Below are positions 8,574 to 19,450 of a stretch of DNA of 64,000 nucleotides, piece after piece. Where the stretch lies: NCBI GenBank assembly GCA_038062675.1, contig JBBTWP010000004.1:6751-70750 (forward strand), in the 5' to 3' direction. Every line of letters begins with the position of its first letter. Position 1 is the first letter of the stretch. Both the position numbers and the translations under genes were made by a program. Under the pieces are notes generated by a model. That model was not told the DNA's origin and ran no database searches. It was given only the letters and a program-made list of their open reading frames with translations. The DNA is from Patescibacteria group bacterium. Lineage in GTDB: Bacteria > Patescibacteriota > Minisyncoccia > Phycocordibacterales > UBA1550.

Positions 8574-11500
8574 ATGAAAACATTACGCGAACAAGAAAAT
8601 TTTGATGCGATCATCCTTAAGCTTGCATCACCTGACCGTATCAAGGAGTGGTCATACGGAGAAGTGGCAAAACCAGAGACGATCAACTATCGTACTCAAC
8701 GCAGCGAGCGTGGCGGTTTGTTTGACGAGCGCATCTTTGGACCTGAGAAGGATTACGAATGTTACTGTGGAAAGTATAAGCGCATTCGTTACAAAAATAT
8801 TATTTGTGAAAAATGCGGCGTTGAAGTCACCCGCAGTATTGTGCGTCGCGAACGCATGGGTCACATTGAGCTTGCAAGTCCTGTTGCACACATTTGGTTC
8901 CTCCGCAGTATTCCTTCACGTATGGGGCTCATCCTCAATCTTCCGATTGTTGATCTTGAAAAAGTTATTTACTTTGCAGGATACATCATCACGAGTGTAA
9001 ACCTTGGTGACAAGGAGCGCTTGATGAAGGAGTTGGACTCTGAGTACAAGTCAAAGTTCAAAAACTTGACTGACGAGAAAGGAAAAGAAAAACTTAAAGA
9101 GCTTCTCTTGACTGCAAAGCATGACGTGGAGTCGCTTGTGGAAGGACGTGTGCTTGATGAAATGACATATCACAAGTTTGCGCTTAAGTACGGAACAGCG
9201 TTCGAGGCAGGTATCGGGGCAGAAGCGATTTACAATATTTTCAAGAAGCTCGATTTGGCAAAATTGCGCGAGCGTCTTCAGGCTGAAATGGAAAAAGCAG
9301 GTTCTGTTGAACGACAAAAACTCAATAAGCGTATTGGTATTGTGAAGTCCATGATGGCTTCCGGAGTACGCCCCGAGTGGATGTTTATCAGTGTCATTCC
9401 TATCATTCCTCCTGCACTTCGCCCGATGGTTGCTCTCGAGGGAGGTCGCCATGCAACATCAGACTTGAATGATCTTTATCGTCGTGTTATCAATCGTAAT
9501 AATCGCTTAAAGAAACTCAAAGAGATTGGTGCGCCTGACGTGATTCTCCGTAACGAGAAACGTATTTTACAGGAAGCCGTTGACTCACTTATTGATAACT
9601 CGATCCGTCGCGTGCAGTCAGTGGCGATGAATCAAGCACAAAAGCGCACATTGAAGTCACTCTCAGATACGCTTAAAGGAAAACAAGGTCTTTTCCGTCA
9701 GAACCTTCTCGGCAAGCGCGTGGACTACTCGGGTCGTTCGGTGATTGTGGTGGGTCCAAAACTTTCTCTGGATCAGTGCGGGCTTCCAAAACACATGGCA
9801 CTCGAGCTCTTCCGTCCGTTTATTGTCTCAAAAATTCTTGAGCGTGAACTTGCATACAATATTCGCGGGGCAAACAAACTCATCGATGAGGGCGTACCAG
9901 AAGTATGGGCAATTCTTGAAGGTGTGATTAAAGGGAAGTACGTTCTTTTGAACCGCGCACCTACGCTTCACCGTCTCGGTATTCAGGCGTTCCACCCTGT
10001 GCTCATTGAGGGTAATGCTATTCAAGTACACCCACTCGTATGTACAGCGTTTAACGCTGACTTCGATGGTGACCAAATGGCGGTACACGTACCTCTTTCG
10101 ATTGCTGCTCAAGACGAGGCAAAAAACCTCATGGCGGCAAACAAAAACCTTTTGAGTCCGGGAAACGGCGATCCTATTGTTAACCCAAAACTCGACATTG
10201 TGCTTGGTTGTTATTCAATGACAAAAATCGTAGAAGGTGAAAAAGGTGAAGGAAAGATTTTCCCAACACCAAACAATGCTATTACCGCGTATGACTTCGA
10301 CGCCGTAGGATTCCGTGCAAAGATTAAAGTCATGGGAACCGATGCAATAAAGTATAGCCAATTTGAAGGCGCTATTTTCGAAACCTCAGTAGGACGCTTG
10401 CTCTTCAATAGTGTGCTTCCTTCGGACTTCCCTTATATCAACAAAGAGATCAACAAGAAAGAACTCGAGTCTCTTGTTGATGAGCTCATCAATGTTTACG
10501 GAATCGATGCAACGCCTGCGGTACTCGACAAGATTAAAGGATTCGGTTTCAAGTATGCAAGCAAGGCTGGTATGACATGGGGTATTGACGAAATTCAGGT
10601 TCCTAAAGAGAAAAAAGAAATCATTGGTCGTGCACGCGTACTCGCTGACACTGTTCGCGAAGAATATAGCGAAGGACTTCTCTCTGAAGAAGAGCGTTAC
10701 CGAAAGACGATTGAGATTTGGCAGGGTGCTCGCGGAGAAATTGAAAAACTCATGCCGGGAACACTCGCTAAGAACGGTTCTGTGGAAGACATGATTAAGT
10801 CAGGTGCCCGCGGTGCTATTTCGAACATCGTAAACATGGGAGGTATGACCGGTCTCATCACCAACACTCAGGGTCGCGCTATCGACTTCCCGATTATTCC
10901 TTCAAGTAAGGAAGGTTTGTCTCCTATTGAATATTTCGTCACGACGCACGGTTCACGCAAAGGTCTTGCCGACACCGCGCTCAACACCGCGAAGGCTGGA
11001 TACCTCACTCGTCGTATTGTGGATGTGGCTCAGGACGCTATTATTACGGAAGAGGATTGTGGCGATAAAGAAGGAAAACTCATTAAGAAGGAAAACCTTG
11101 TCGGGTTTGATATTCCTCTTGCTCGCAATCTCAAGGGACGTGTACTTATCGAGGAAATCAAAGATGCTTCAGGTGAAACTCTTTTCAAGAAGGGTCATTT
11201 GATGACAAAGCACGAGGCGAAAGAGGCTGAGAAATATGTTTCTGAAGTCTTGGTGCGTTCACCGCTCTCATGCAAAACTCGCCATGGAGTATGTCGCAAG
11301 TGTTATGGTTTGGACATTGGTAGAAACGAACTCGTGAAGCTTGGTGAGTCAGTGGGTATTATTGCCGCACAGGCAATTGGTGAGCCGGGAACCCAGCTCA
11401 CGATGCGTACGTTCCATGCCGGAGGAGTTGCATCAGCCGGAGGAGATATTACGATGGGTCTTCCGCGCGTTGAAGAAATCTTCGAGTGCCGTATTCCAAA

Positions 11501-12218
11501 AAGTATCGCAATTGTCAGCCGCACATCGGGGGTTGTGCTTGACGTCGTAAAAGACAACAAGGAACTCAAGATTACGGTTCTTCCGGGAGAAGGAGAAGGA
11601 AAGAAAAAGGGAGACAGTATTGAGTATGCAACAACAATTTCACGTACTTCATTTGTGAGGATTGGTGACAAGGTTGTGAAAGGACAGCATCTCACTGATG
11701 GTTCTGCTGATATTGGTGAAGTCTTTGAGTACGCAGGAAAAGATGCAGCAGAAAACTACATCATTGCCGAGGTCTTGAAAATTTACGAATTGCAAGGCGC
11801 GTCAATTTCACGAAAGCACATCGAGGTGATTATTCGCCAAATGTTCTCACGCCGCAAGGTGAAGGAATCAGGAGATACAAAGTTTAACCGCGGAGATATT
11901 ATTGAGCAGAATGATCTTGCGGAAGAAAACGAGCGCACCGAGAAAGCAGGTGGAGAGAAAGCAAAAGCTGATCCAATCGTACGCGGTATTTCCGAGGTTG
12001 CCCTCACGACGAAGAGTTGGCTCTCAGCGGCTTCGTTTGAAAACACGACACGTATCCTCATCAACACTGCAATCAAGGGAGGTGTGGACACGCTCCGCGG
12101 ACTCAAAGAGAATGTTATCATTGGTAATTTGATTCCTGCGGGAACAGGGTTTGGTCTTACAAAAAAAGATAGAAGCTTACCAGGGAGTGTAGAAGAGGAG
12201 GAAAAGAAAAACGCGTAG
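8574..12218 (+). CDS. rpoC: DNA-directed RNA polymerase subunit beta'
   Basis: Zn-finger [23 protein letters not shown] and catalytic [12 protein letters not shown]. Confidence 0.95.
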   Translation: MKTLREQENFDAIILKLASPDRIKEWSYGEVAKPETINYRTQRSERGGLFDERIFGPEKDYECYCGKYKRIRYKNIICEKCGVEVTRSIVRRERMGHIELASPVAHIWFLRSIPSRMGLILNLPIVDLEKVIYFAGYIITSVNLGDKERLMKELDSEYKSKFKNLTDEKGKEKLKELLLTAKHDVESLVEGRVLDEMTYHKFALKYGTAFEAGIGAEAIYNIFKKLDLAKLRERLQAEMEKAGSVERQKLNKRIGIVKSMMASGVRPEWMFISVIPIIPPALRPMVALEGGRHATSDLNDLYRRVINRNNRLKKLKEIGAPDVILRNEKRILQEAVDSLIDNSIRRVQSVAMNQAQKRTLKSLSDTLKGKQGLFRQNLLGKRVDYSGRSVIVVGPKLSLDQCGLPKHMALELFRPFIVSKILERELAYNIRGANKLIDEGVPEVWAILEGVIKGKYVLLNRAPTLHRLGIQAFHPVLIEGNAIQVHPLVCTAFNADFDGDQMAVHVPLSIAAQDEAKNLMAANKNLLSPGNGDPIVNPKLDIVLGCYSMTKIVEGEKGEGKIFPTPNNAITAYDFDAVGFRAKIKVMGTDAIKYSQFEGAIFETSVGRLLFNSVLPSDFPYINKEINKKELESLVDELINVYGIDATPAVLDKIKGFGFKYASKAGMTWGIDEIQVPKEKKEIIGRARVLADTVREEYSEGLLSEEERYRKTIEIWQGARGEIEKLMPGTLAKNGSVEDMIKSGARGAISNIVNMGGMTGLITNTQGRAIDFPIIPSSKEGLSPIEYFVTTHGSRKGLADTALNTAKAGYLTRRIVDVAQDAIITEEDCGDKEGKLIKKENLVGFDIPLARNLKGRVLIEEIKDASGETLFKKGHLMTKHEAKEAEKYVSEVLVRSPLSCKTRHGVCRKCYGLDIGRNELVKLGESVGIIAAQAIGEPGTQLTMRTFHAGGVASAGGDITMGLPRVEEIFECRIPKSIAIVSRTSGVVLDVVKDNKELKITVLPGEGEGKKKGDSIEYATTISRTSFVRIGDKVVKGQHLTDGSADIGEVFEYAGKDAAENYIIAEVLKIYELQGASISRKHIEVIIRQMFSRRKVKESGDTKFNRGDIIEQNDLAEENERTEKAGGEKAKADPIVRGISEVALTTKSWLSAASFENTTRILINTAIKGGVDTLRGLKENVIIGNLIPAGTGFGLTKKDRSLPGSVEEEEKKNA

Positions 12219-12299
12219 GTTTTTTTCGGAGGGTTCTTTTGCGGATGGGGTTTGCTACGCTACTTGCTCGGTGCACAGTAATAATTCTTCAACGAAATT

Positions 12300-14030
12300 A
12301 TGTCTTCAGTCATCGAAGAAATTAAATCACGCCTAAATATCGTAGATGTTGCGAGTTCGTATCTCAAGCTCGAAGGAGCAGGAGGGAGTTTTAAAGCGCG
12401 GTGTCCCTTCCATAGTGAGAAGTCAGCATCGTTCTTTATTTCGCCGGCACGGCAGACATACCATTGTTTCGGATGCAATCGTGGAGGCGACCTTATTTCC
12501 TTTGTGGAGGAAATCGAGGGGCTCGATTTTTCCGGAGCATTAAAAGTTCTAGCGGAGCGTGCGGGGATAGAGCTCCAGCCTCAAAAAGCATTCAGTAAAG
12601 AAAGCAAAGATGAACGCGAGGCACTCTATCACGCACTCGACTGGGCGACAAAGTTCTATCAGGCAGTTTTGCCAAAATTTCCTGAGGCGCTCAAATATCT
12701 GCACACGCGCGGACTGACGGATGAAACCATAAAGAATTTCCGAGTTGGATTTGCTCCCGATGAATGGAATTCGCTTTCTGATTTTTTGAAAAAGAAAGGA
12801 GTTTCCGAGCAGACGATGGAACGTGCTGGGCTTGTGGTGCGTGGGACAAAAGGAGTCTACGATAGGTTTCGCGGGCGAGTGATGTTTCCGCTCACCGATA
12901 TGTCAGGGCGTGTCATTGCGTTCTCGGGGCGCATCTTGAAAGAAGAAGCAGGAAAGACGTTGGGTGCGTCAGCGCAGGCAAAGTATGTAAATAGTCCCGA
13001 GACGGAGGTCTTCCAAAAATCACGCGTTCTTTTTGGATTTTCTCAAGCGAAACAGGAAATGCGCCGGAGGGATATGGCGGTGTTGGTGGAAGGACAGATG
13101 GACCTCATTCTTTCGCATCAAGCGGGGGTTGCCTGCACAGTGGCATCTTCGGGAACGGCCTTGACGTCCGAGCAACTTGCGCTTATTAAACGTTTTACCA
13201 AAAATGTAGTGATTGCATTTGACGCTGATTCTGCGGGAAACACCGCGGCACTTCGCGGTGTAGGACTTGCACTTGCGCAAGGAATGACGGTGCGTATTGC
13301 TCATTTGCCCAAAGGAAGTGACCCTGCAGACATGGCGCTCAAAGATCCTCAAGTATGGCGTGCGACTGTCGAAGAAGCGAAACAAGTTATTGATTTCTAT
13401 CTCGAGACGTTACCTCTCGAGCACATAAATCGCGCGGTGCTTCGTGCAAAAGTTTCTGAGATTGTCATTCCGTTTATCGCTGAACTTCAAAGTTCTATCG
13501 ATCAAGGATATTATGTGGGGCAGGTGGCGAAACTCTTGGGCGTTAAAGATGAACCGGTGTGGGAGGAGGTGAAGAAACGGGGGGTGCAAGGTCATGCAAG
13601 TTCTGAAGTTCAAATTCCAACTGCTCCGATTCTTTCCAGAAAATCTCGTCTGGCACGAATCATTGAAGGAGTGCTTTTGTGGCAAGAGCAAGAAAAAACT
13701 CCCTTGCTTACTGATCTTAAAAAACATCGTGCACGATTTTCTGAGCTCGTCTCGCTTCTTGGTGGAGCAGAAAAAAATGAGCGACCTCCGGGGGAGGCAG
13801 AGAAACTCATTTTTGAAGCAGAGATACGGTTTCAGGGAATAGAAACGCCCGATAAAGAGCTTGAAGAGCTTTTACAAAACTTTGAAGATGAATTACTGAG
13901 GGAGCGGTTGGCTCGAAAAATGGAGGAACTCAAAATGGCAGAAACACGAGGGGATATACAGGGGGCACACACGATTCTCGCCGAATGTCAGGAGCTCTCA
14001 AAGAAATTACACGTAACAAAAAATTTTTAA
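12300..14030 (+). CDS. dnaG: DNA primase
   Basis: CHC2 zinc finger CPFHSEKSASFFI...YHCFGCNRGGD and Toprim EGQMDLI / DADSAGN. Confidence 0.9.
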   Translation: MSSVIEEIKSRLNIVDVASSYLKLEGAGGSFKARCPFHSEKSASFFISPARQTYHCFGCNRGGDLISFVEEIEGLDFSGALKVLAERAGIELQPQKAFSKESKDEREALYHALDWATKFYQAVLPKFPEALKYLHTRGLTDETIKNFRVGFAPDEWNSLSDFLKKKGVSEQTMERAGLVVRGTKGVYDRFRGRVMFPLTDMSGRVIAFSGRILKEEAGKTLGASAQAKYVNSPETEVFQKSRVLFGFSQAKQEMRRRDMAVLVEGQMDLILSHQAGVACTVASSGTALTSEQLALIKRFTKNVVIAFDADSAGNTAALRGVGLALAQGMTVRIAHLPKGSDPADMALKDPQVWRATVEEAKQVIDFYLETLPLEHINRAVLRAKVSEIVIPFIAELQSSIDQGYYVGQVAKLLGVKDEPVWEEVKKRGVQGHASSEVQIPTAPILSRKSRLARIIEGVLLWQEQEKTPLLTDLKKHRARFSELVSLLGGAEKNERPPGEAEKLIFEAEIRFQGIETPDKELEELLQNFEDELLRERLARKMEELKMAETRGDIQGAHTILAECQELSKKLHVTKNF

Positions 14031-14031
14031 T

Positions 14032-15345
14032 ATGATCAAGAAAAACCCATCAACAAAAAAAATGGCATCATCAAAAAAGCCTGTGGCATCCGCTGGAAAA
14101 AAGAAAGTAATCGAAAAAGAAAAAAAACCTCTCGGTAAAGCGGTTAAAAAGGTTGTGCCAGTAAAAAAGGTTGTGGTAAAAAAGCCGGTGAAAAAAGTTG
14201 TTAAGGCTGCAACCTCAAAGAAACCTGCAGGTAAGGCGGTGAAGAAAGTTGCGTCAAAAACCGGCGGAAAGAAAAGCGGTAACTGGGAAGAAAAAGCGGC
14301 ACGCCTTATTTTAAAGGGTCGCGCGCGCGGATTTATCACCTTTAATGAAATTTTGAAAGAATTTCCACTTATTGAACAGGATATTTTGTTTCTTGATCAG
14401 CTGTATGAAAAACTCGGTGATGCAGGTGTGGATATCCTTGAAAGCGGCGGGCTTTTGGAGATTGAACCCGAGGAAGCGATTTCCCACAAAAAATATATTT
14501 ATAAAAGTGGCGACTCTTCGTACGACTCCATTCAAATGTACTTGAAAGAGATTGGACAGTACCCGCTCCTTTCACCGGTAGATGAGCGCACACTTGCACA
14601 GCGCATTCAGGCGGGAGATATGGAGGCAAAAAATTTACTCGCGCGTGCAAACTTGCGTCTCGTGGTTTCGATTGCAAAGAAATATGTGGGACGCAGTGCG
14701 GATCTTACGCTTCTTGACCTCATTCAAGAAGGGAACCTCGGTCTCTTTAAGGCAGTGGAGAAGTTTGAATGGGAGAAAGGATACAAGTTCTCAACCTACG
14801 CGACATGGTGGATCCGTCAGGCTATTACACGCGCGCTTGCTGATCAGTCACGTACGATTCGTATTCCGGTTCATATGGTGGAAACGATTTCGAAATATAA
14901 GCAGGTGGTGCGCCGTCTCTCGCAAGATCTTGGTCGCGAACCTCTTGCAGAAGAGGTCGCGACAGAAATGGGGCTTGAGGTTGAAAAAATCTATAACATT
15001 AAAAACATTGACCACGACACGGTGTCGCTTGAGAAATCTATTGGAGACGATGACGACAAATCAACGCTTGGTGAATTTATCGCCGATGACAAAATTCTTT
15101 CTCCGGACCAAGAGTCGGCGCGTCGCATTCTTTCTGATCAAGTAAAAGAAATTTTGGACGACCTTTCAGAAAAGGAGCGCAAGATTCTTGAAATGCGCCA
15201 CGGTTTGGTGGGCGGTATTGTACACACACTCGAAGAAGTGGGCAAGGAGTTCGGGGTGACACGTGAGCGCATTCGTCAGATTGAGGCAAAGGCGATTGAA
15301 AAGATTCGCCAACATGAGAAGGTGGGGAAGTTGAAGAATTATTAA
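14032..15345 (+). CDS. rpoD: RNA polymerase sigma-70 factor with a Lys-rich histone-H1-like N-terminal extension
   Basis: Region 2 to region 4 motifs DLIQEGNLGLFKAVEKF, YATWWIRQAITR and TLEEVGKEFGVTRERIRQIEAKA. N-terminal KKPV/KKVV repeats. Confidence 0.9.
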   Translation: MIKKNPSTKKMASSKKPVASAGKKKVIEKEKKPLGKAVKKVVPVKKVVVKKPVKKVVKAATSKKPAGKAVKKVASKTGGKKSGNWEEKAARLILKGRARGFITFNEILKEFPLIEQDILFLDQLYEKLGDAGVDILESGGLLEIEPEEAISHKKYIYKSGDSSYDSIQMYLKEIGQYPLLSPVDERTLAQRIQAGDMEAKNLLARANLRLVVSIAKKYVGRSADLTLLDLIQEGNLGLFKAVEKFEWEKGYKFSTYATWWIRQAITRALADQSRTIRIPVHMVETISKYKQVVRRLSQDLGREPLAEEVATEMGLEVEKIYNIKNIDHDTVSLEKSIGDDDDKSTLGEFIADDKILSPDQESARRILSDQVKEILDDLSEKERKILEMRHGLVGGIVHTLEEVGKEFGVTRERIRQIEAKAIEKIRQHEKVGKLKNY

Positions 15346-15355
15346 TTCGGCGCTA

Positions 15356-15493
15356 CGTGCGACAAGTCTTTTTCAGGGTACGGATATTCTGGTCGCGCCC
15401 AAAGGACTTGCGCGACACGATTCCGCAGAATCGAAAATCCTGAAGTTCTCGCGCCGTCGCGCTCCCTAGTCCCTGAAAAAGACTTGTCGCACG
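15356..15493 (+). ncRNA. Structured element A: a 23-bp perfect outer stem enclosing a REP-like unit (15392-15437) and a conserved core TCCTGAAGTTCTCGCGCCGTCGCGCTC. Candidate ncRNA or palindromic insertion element.
   Basis: CGTGCGACAAGTCTTTTTCAGGG ... CCCTGAAAAAGACTTGTCGCACG. The core is shared with the elements at 31029 and 35341. Confidence 0.5.
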
Positions 15494-15520
15494 CGCGGAG
15501 TTAATAATGTCTTCATGAAA

Positions 15521-15560
15521 AAGAAAAAAGGCGGACATTCCTGTCCGCCTTTCGAGTTTT
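15521..15560. terminator. Bidirectional terminator between rpoD and the minus-strand small membrane gene
   Basis: GGCGGACA-TTCC-TGTCCGCC stem with an A-run upstream and a T-run downstream. Confidence 0.6.
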
Positions 15561-15567
15561 AGGCGAT

Positions 15568-15825
15568 TCATTTTTTTGGATCTTCCTCTTCTTCCATATG
15601 GACTTCTGGTTGAAGTAAGCCGATTTTTGCTAAATAACAAAGAGTGCATCCAACCGAATACAGTACAAGGTAAATAAACACCCACAGCCCGACTGTTGAC
15701 ACCAGAATCCCTTGCCGTAGCACGGCACCATTGTTCATCCAGAGTTCATGCATCGTCAGTGTTCCTAGTGTTGCCAGTACAAAAGCAATGACTCCATTTG
15801 GGTATTTCTTAGGTTTCACGATCAT
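15568..15825 (-). CDS. Hypothetical small membrane protein (85 aa, two TM helices)
   Basis: Perfect AGGAGG Shine-Dalgarno 8 nt upstream. Hydrophobic helices. Acidic C-terminal tail. Confidence 0.5.
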   Translation of the reverse strand: MIVKPKKYPNGVIAFVLATLGTLTMHELWMNNGAVLRQGILVSTVGLWVFIYLVLYSVGCTLCYLAKIGLLQPEVHMEEEEDPKK

Positions 15826-15892
15826 CTATTTTTCCTCCTCTTTTGGGAATGTTCAAATGTAGCTTTTTCAATTATACACCCAAACGTGGGAC

Positions 15893-15921
15893 TTGTCAAT
15901 ACCACGCTTGCGTGCTAGAGT
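15893..15921 (+). promoter_or_regulatory. Possible promoter for sufB (TTGTCA-17-TAGAGT). It would make the mRNA nearly leaderless.
   Basis: The -10 element ends 8 nt before the chosen ATG at 15929. Confidence 0.25.
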
Positions 15922-15928
15922 GGGGGAT

Positions 15929-17287
15929 ATGAATGAGGTTAAAAACACTCACAAAAGCAAGGAAAACCAACCTCTTTCGGAGGCGCTTGTTCGTCATATC
16001 TCGGCGACAAAGAATGAGCCGGCGTGGATGCTGGAAAAGCGCCTCGCGGCGTACGAGCTGTACCAGAAAGCACCCATGCCAAAGTGGGGGCCTTCGCTCG
16101 CGAATCTTGATCTTGATGGTATGAATTTTTACGCTGACCCCGGAGTTGCCGAGACTGATGCATGGGAGGACTTGCCAGCAGAAATTACAGAAACATTTGA
16201 AAAACTCGGTATTCCAAAAGCAGAGCGCGAGTACCTTGGTGGCGTGGGTGCGCAGTATGACTCAGGGATTGTGTACCATCGTCTGAAACAGTCGCTTGCC
16301 GACAAGGGGGTGATTTTTGAAAACATGGATGTTGCACTCCAAAAATATCCTGAGCTCGTGCAGAAATATTTCATGACAAAGTGCGTGCCGATTACCGACC
16401 ACAAGTTCGTCATGCTTCATGCGGCAGTGTGGAGTGGTGGGACGTTTATCTACGTCCCCAAGGGGGTAAAAGTTGGCATGCCACTCCAAGCGTATTTTCG
16501 TATGAACCGCGAACGCAGTGCACAGTTTGAGCACACGCTTATCATTGCAGACGAAGGTTCGGAGATCGAGTACATTGAAGGGTGTTCGGCGCCACGATAT
16601 AATTTTTCTTCACTTCATGCGGGGTGTGTCGAGATTTTTGTGCATGCAGGGGCGAAGGCAAAATATGTGAGCATTGAAAACTGGTCGCTCAATACGTACA
16701 ACTTGAACACCAAGCGCGCCATTGTGGAAAAGGATGCTGAAATAAAATGGGTGAACGGCAACATGGGTTCGGGGGTGACGATGCTCTATCCTTCGTCGGT
16801 GCTCGTGGGGGAGGGTGCTCGTGCCGACAACTTGGGGCTCGTAATTGCGGGAAAAGGACAAGTGCAGGATACGGGCGCGAAGTCGATTCACCTTGCGCCA
16901 CACACGACCTCAACTATCTATTCAAAGTCTATTTCAAAAGATGGTGGCATTGCAAACTATCGTGGGCTCATTAAAGTTTCTTCTCGTGCGCATGGGTCGC
17001 GTGCGTCGCTTGTGTGTGACTCGCTTCTTCTCGACAAGGGGTCGAAGGCAAATGCGTTTCCTGCGGTTGAGAATGCAAACGACGACGTGGAGATTTCGCA
17101 CGAAGCGCGTATTGGGCGCATTGGTGACGAAGAGATTTTCTATTTGAAGACACGCGGGTTTACGGAGTCTGCTGCGGTGCGCCTCGCGGTTAATGGTTTC
17201 GCACAGCCAATCATTAAAGAACTTCCTCTCGAGTACGCGGTCGAGCTCAATAAATTGATTGCGCTTGAAATGGGGGAGGATGCGTGA
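15929..17287 (+). CDS. sufB: Fe-S cluster assembly protein SufB
   Basis: FEHTLIIADEGSEIEYIEGCSAP and C-terminal beta-helix repeats. GGGGGA Shine-Dalgarno. The longer ORF starts at 15893. Confidence 0.9.
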   Translation: MNEVKNTHKSKENQPLSEALVRHISATKNEPAWMLEKRLAAYELYQKAPMPKWGPSLANLDLDGMNFYADPGVAETDAWEDLPAEITETFEKLGIPKAEREYLGGVGAQYDSGIVYHRLKQSLADKGVIFENMDVALQKYPELVQKYFMTKCVPITDHKFVMLHAAVWSGGTFIYVPKGVKVGMPLQAYFRMNRERSAQFEHTLIIADEGSEIEYIEGCSAPRYNFSSLHAGCVEIFVHAGAKAKYVSIENWSLNTYNLNTKRAIVEKDAEIKWVNGNMGSGVTMLYPSSVLVGEGARADNLGLVIAGKGQVQDTGAKSIHLAPHTTSTIYSKSISKDGGIANYRGLIKVSSRAHGSRASLVCDSLLLDKGSKANAFPAVENANDDVEISHEARIGRIGDEEIFYLKTRGFTESAAVRLAVNGFAQPIIKELPLEYAVELNKLIALEMGEDA

Positions 17288-17299
17288 TCTGTTTTTTGT

Positions 17300-18544
17300 A
17301 TGATTGATAAGAATATTAAAAAAGATTTTCCAATTTTTGGCCAAGGTCTCGGTGAGGGGCAGGGTTTTGCGTATTTAGACACGGCAGCGACGTCGCAGAC
17401 GCCGAAAGTGGTACTTGATGCAATGGAGGAATATTACACAAAGTTTCGTGCGAATATTCACCGTGGAACATATAAAGCGGGGCAAACTGCGAGTGAGGCG
17501 TACGAGGATGCGCGGGCGAGCGTAGCGCGTTTTATTGGTGCGGAGAAGCAGGAAGTCATTTTTACAAGCGGCGCGACGGCATCATCAAATATGCTGGTTT
17601 CCATGCTTGAGCATTCAAAATTCCAAGGGTTACCCTTGGAAGAGGGGGGTGAAATCGTTACGACCGCGATGGAGCATCACGCGAGCCTCATTCCGCTTCA
17701 AGAACTTGCGCGACGGCACGATTTGGATTTGAAGCACCTTCCACTGGTAGATAATGGAGTTGCACTTAATTATGATGTGGTGGAGAAATTTATAACTCCG
17801 AAAACAAAAATAGTGAGCGTGATGCTTGCGTCGAATGTGACGGGGGTGATCAACGATGTGGCGCGCATTGCGGAGGTTGCGCATAAGGTCGGCGCGCTTG
17901 TGGTGTGTGATGCTACGGCAGCAGCGGGGCACATGTCGGTTGATGTGAAAAAACTCGACGTCGATTTTCTGTATTTTTCGGGGCACAAGATGTGCGGTCC
18001 GACGGGGGTGGGAGTGCTCTGGGGGCGCGCTGAACTTTTAAAAAATCTTGAACCGGGTGTGTATGGTGGGGGGATTGTGGATGAAGTGACGCTTGCGCGT
18101 GCAACGTGGCGCGGGATTCCCGAACGGTTTGAAGCGGGGACACCGAACATAGGAGGGGTGATTGGGCTTGGTGCGGCGGTCAAATACCTGGAAAAAGTTG
18201 GGGTGGATAATGTTCACGCGCATAGTGCAAAACTCGCGGAGGAGGCAATTGCGCGTCTTGAGGAAATTTCTGGTGTGCGGGTGATTGCGGAGCGTGATGG
18301 TATAAAAAATGTCGGCATTGTTTCGTTTGTCGTCGAGGGGGTTCACCCCCATGATGTTGCAGAAATTTTGGGTCGGGAAGGTGTCGCAATCCGTGCGGGG
18401 CACCACTGCGCGATGCCCTTGGTGACCGATGCACTCGGAGTGACTGCGGTGTCTCGTGCCAGTTTTTATTTGTATAATACTGCGGAAGACATTGACGCGC
18501 TTATGAATGGAGTGAAGAAAGCACAAGCGGTTTTTGAAAAATAA
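17300..18544 (+). CDS. sufS: Cysteine desulfurase SufS (class V aminotransferase)
   Basis: PLP lysine in FSGHKMCGPTGVGVL and active-site Cys in RAGHHCAMP. Confidence 0.9.
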   Translation: MIDKNIKKDFPIFGQGLGEGQGFAYLDTAATSQTPKVVLDAMEEYYTKFRANIHRGTYKAGQTASEAYEDARASVARFIGAEKQEVIFTSGATASSNMLVSMLEHSKFQGLPLEEGGEIVTTAMEHHASLIPLQELARRHDLDLKHLPLVDNGVALNYDVVEKFITPKTKIVSVMLASNVTGVINDVARIAEVAHKVGALVVCDATAAAGHMSVDVKKLDVDFLYFSGHKMCGPTGVGVLWGRAELLKNLEPGVYGGGIVDEVTLARATWRGIPERFEAGTPNIGGVIGLGAAVKYLEKVGVDNVHAHSAKLAEEAIARLEEISGVRVIAERDGIKNVGIVSFVVEGVHPHDVAEILGREGVAIRAGHHCAMPLVTDALGVTAVSRASFYLYNTAEDIDALMNGVKKAQAVFEK

Positions 18545-18585
18545 AAAAAAGAGGCCGCGATAAGACGGCCCCTTTGTGTAGGAAA
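18545..18585. terminator. Bidirectional terminator
   Basis: A-run, GGCCG-CGATAAGA-CGGCC stem, then CCTTTGTG. Confidence 0.5.
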
Positions 18586-18590
18586 AGAAG

Positions 18591-18956
18591 TTACCCTTCT
18601 TTTCCTACGACTTCATCCAACATTTTGCTCGCGTGGGGTACAATCGATTTTGCGATTAAGGTAACTATCGCAAAAACCCCAAGAGCAAACAAGAAGAATA
18701 CTGCTATCAACAAGACTCCAATGTTGGTCATTGCCTCGTTCATTATAGTGTTCGCGCTGACCGCTATTGTTGTACCTATTGCAGTTACCATCAGGAGTCT
18801 GAGGGCAAAGGCGATTCCGATGAGTCCACCAATGACGATGAGTCCCCGAATGAGATATTTTTTCATTGTTTCGGGTGACTTTTTCCCTTGAATTATCATA
18901 ACGATGAAAAGTACAAGGATTGCTACAAATGCAGGTAATACCAGAAATTTGTACAT
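18591..18956 (-). CDS. Hypothetical membrane protein (about 121 aa, 3-4 TM)
   Basis: AAAGGGGAAA Shine-Dalgarno upstream of an internal ATG. Strongly hydrophobic. Confidence 0.5.
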   Translation of the reverse strand: MYKFLVLPAFVAILVLFIVMIIQGKKSPETMKKYLIRGLIVIGGLIGIAFALRLLMVTAIGTTIAVSANTIMNEAMTNIGVLLIAVFFLFALGVFAIVTLIAKSIVPHASKMLDEVVGKEG

Positions 18957-19068
18957 GGAGTTTCCCCTTTGTTGGATGTGAATGTGACTTGTCTGGTTAT
19001 AATTATACACGAATTCAAGAACTTGTCAAGCCCCACAAAATGGGCTATACTAAAGGATATTTTGAGAT

Positions 19069-19449
19069 ATGAACGAAGAACTCTATAAAGAAAACTTACT
19101 CGACCACAGTGCACATCCGCACAACAAGCGGGTGATTGAAGGCATTTGTCTTGAAGCCGAGGCACGTAATGCGTCCTGTGGTGATCGTGGCGTGCTTCAA
19201 ATTGCGATGGGGGATGATGGGCGCGTATCTGATTCCGCATTTCAGGGTGAAGGGTGCGCCGTCTCTCAGGCGGCGCTCTCAATGCTTACCGACAAACTCA
19301 AAGGTCTGACAGTGTCGGATATGAAGCTCTTGTTGCCCGGCGATATTTATACTATGCTGGGGGTACACATAAGTCCGGCGCGGGTGAATTGTGCGCTTTT
19401 GGGATATGAGGCGCTCCAAAAAATTTTGTTGTCTGTGCCGCAAAAATAA
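19069..19449 (+). CDS. sufU: Fe-S cluster scaffold SufU/IscU-like protein
   Basis: HPHNKRVIEG, ...CGD and ...GEGCAVSQA motifs characteristic of NifU/IscU N-terminal domain proteins. Confidence 0.8.
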   Translation: MNEELYKENLLDHSAHPHNKRVIEGICLEAEARNASCGDRGVLQIAMGDDGRVSDSAFQGEGCAVSQAALSMLTDKLKGLTVSDMKLLLPGDIYTMLGVHISPARVNCALLGYEALQKILLSVPQK

Positions 19450-19450
19450 C

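Noticed and set aside
15356-15493. Hammerhead or other known self-cleaving ribozyme, or integron attC, in the structured elements
   Set aside because: The core has CUGAAGU rather than the hammerhead CUGANGA...GAAA arrangement. In attC sites the centre is variable and the ends conserved, the opposite of what is seen here.
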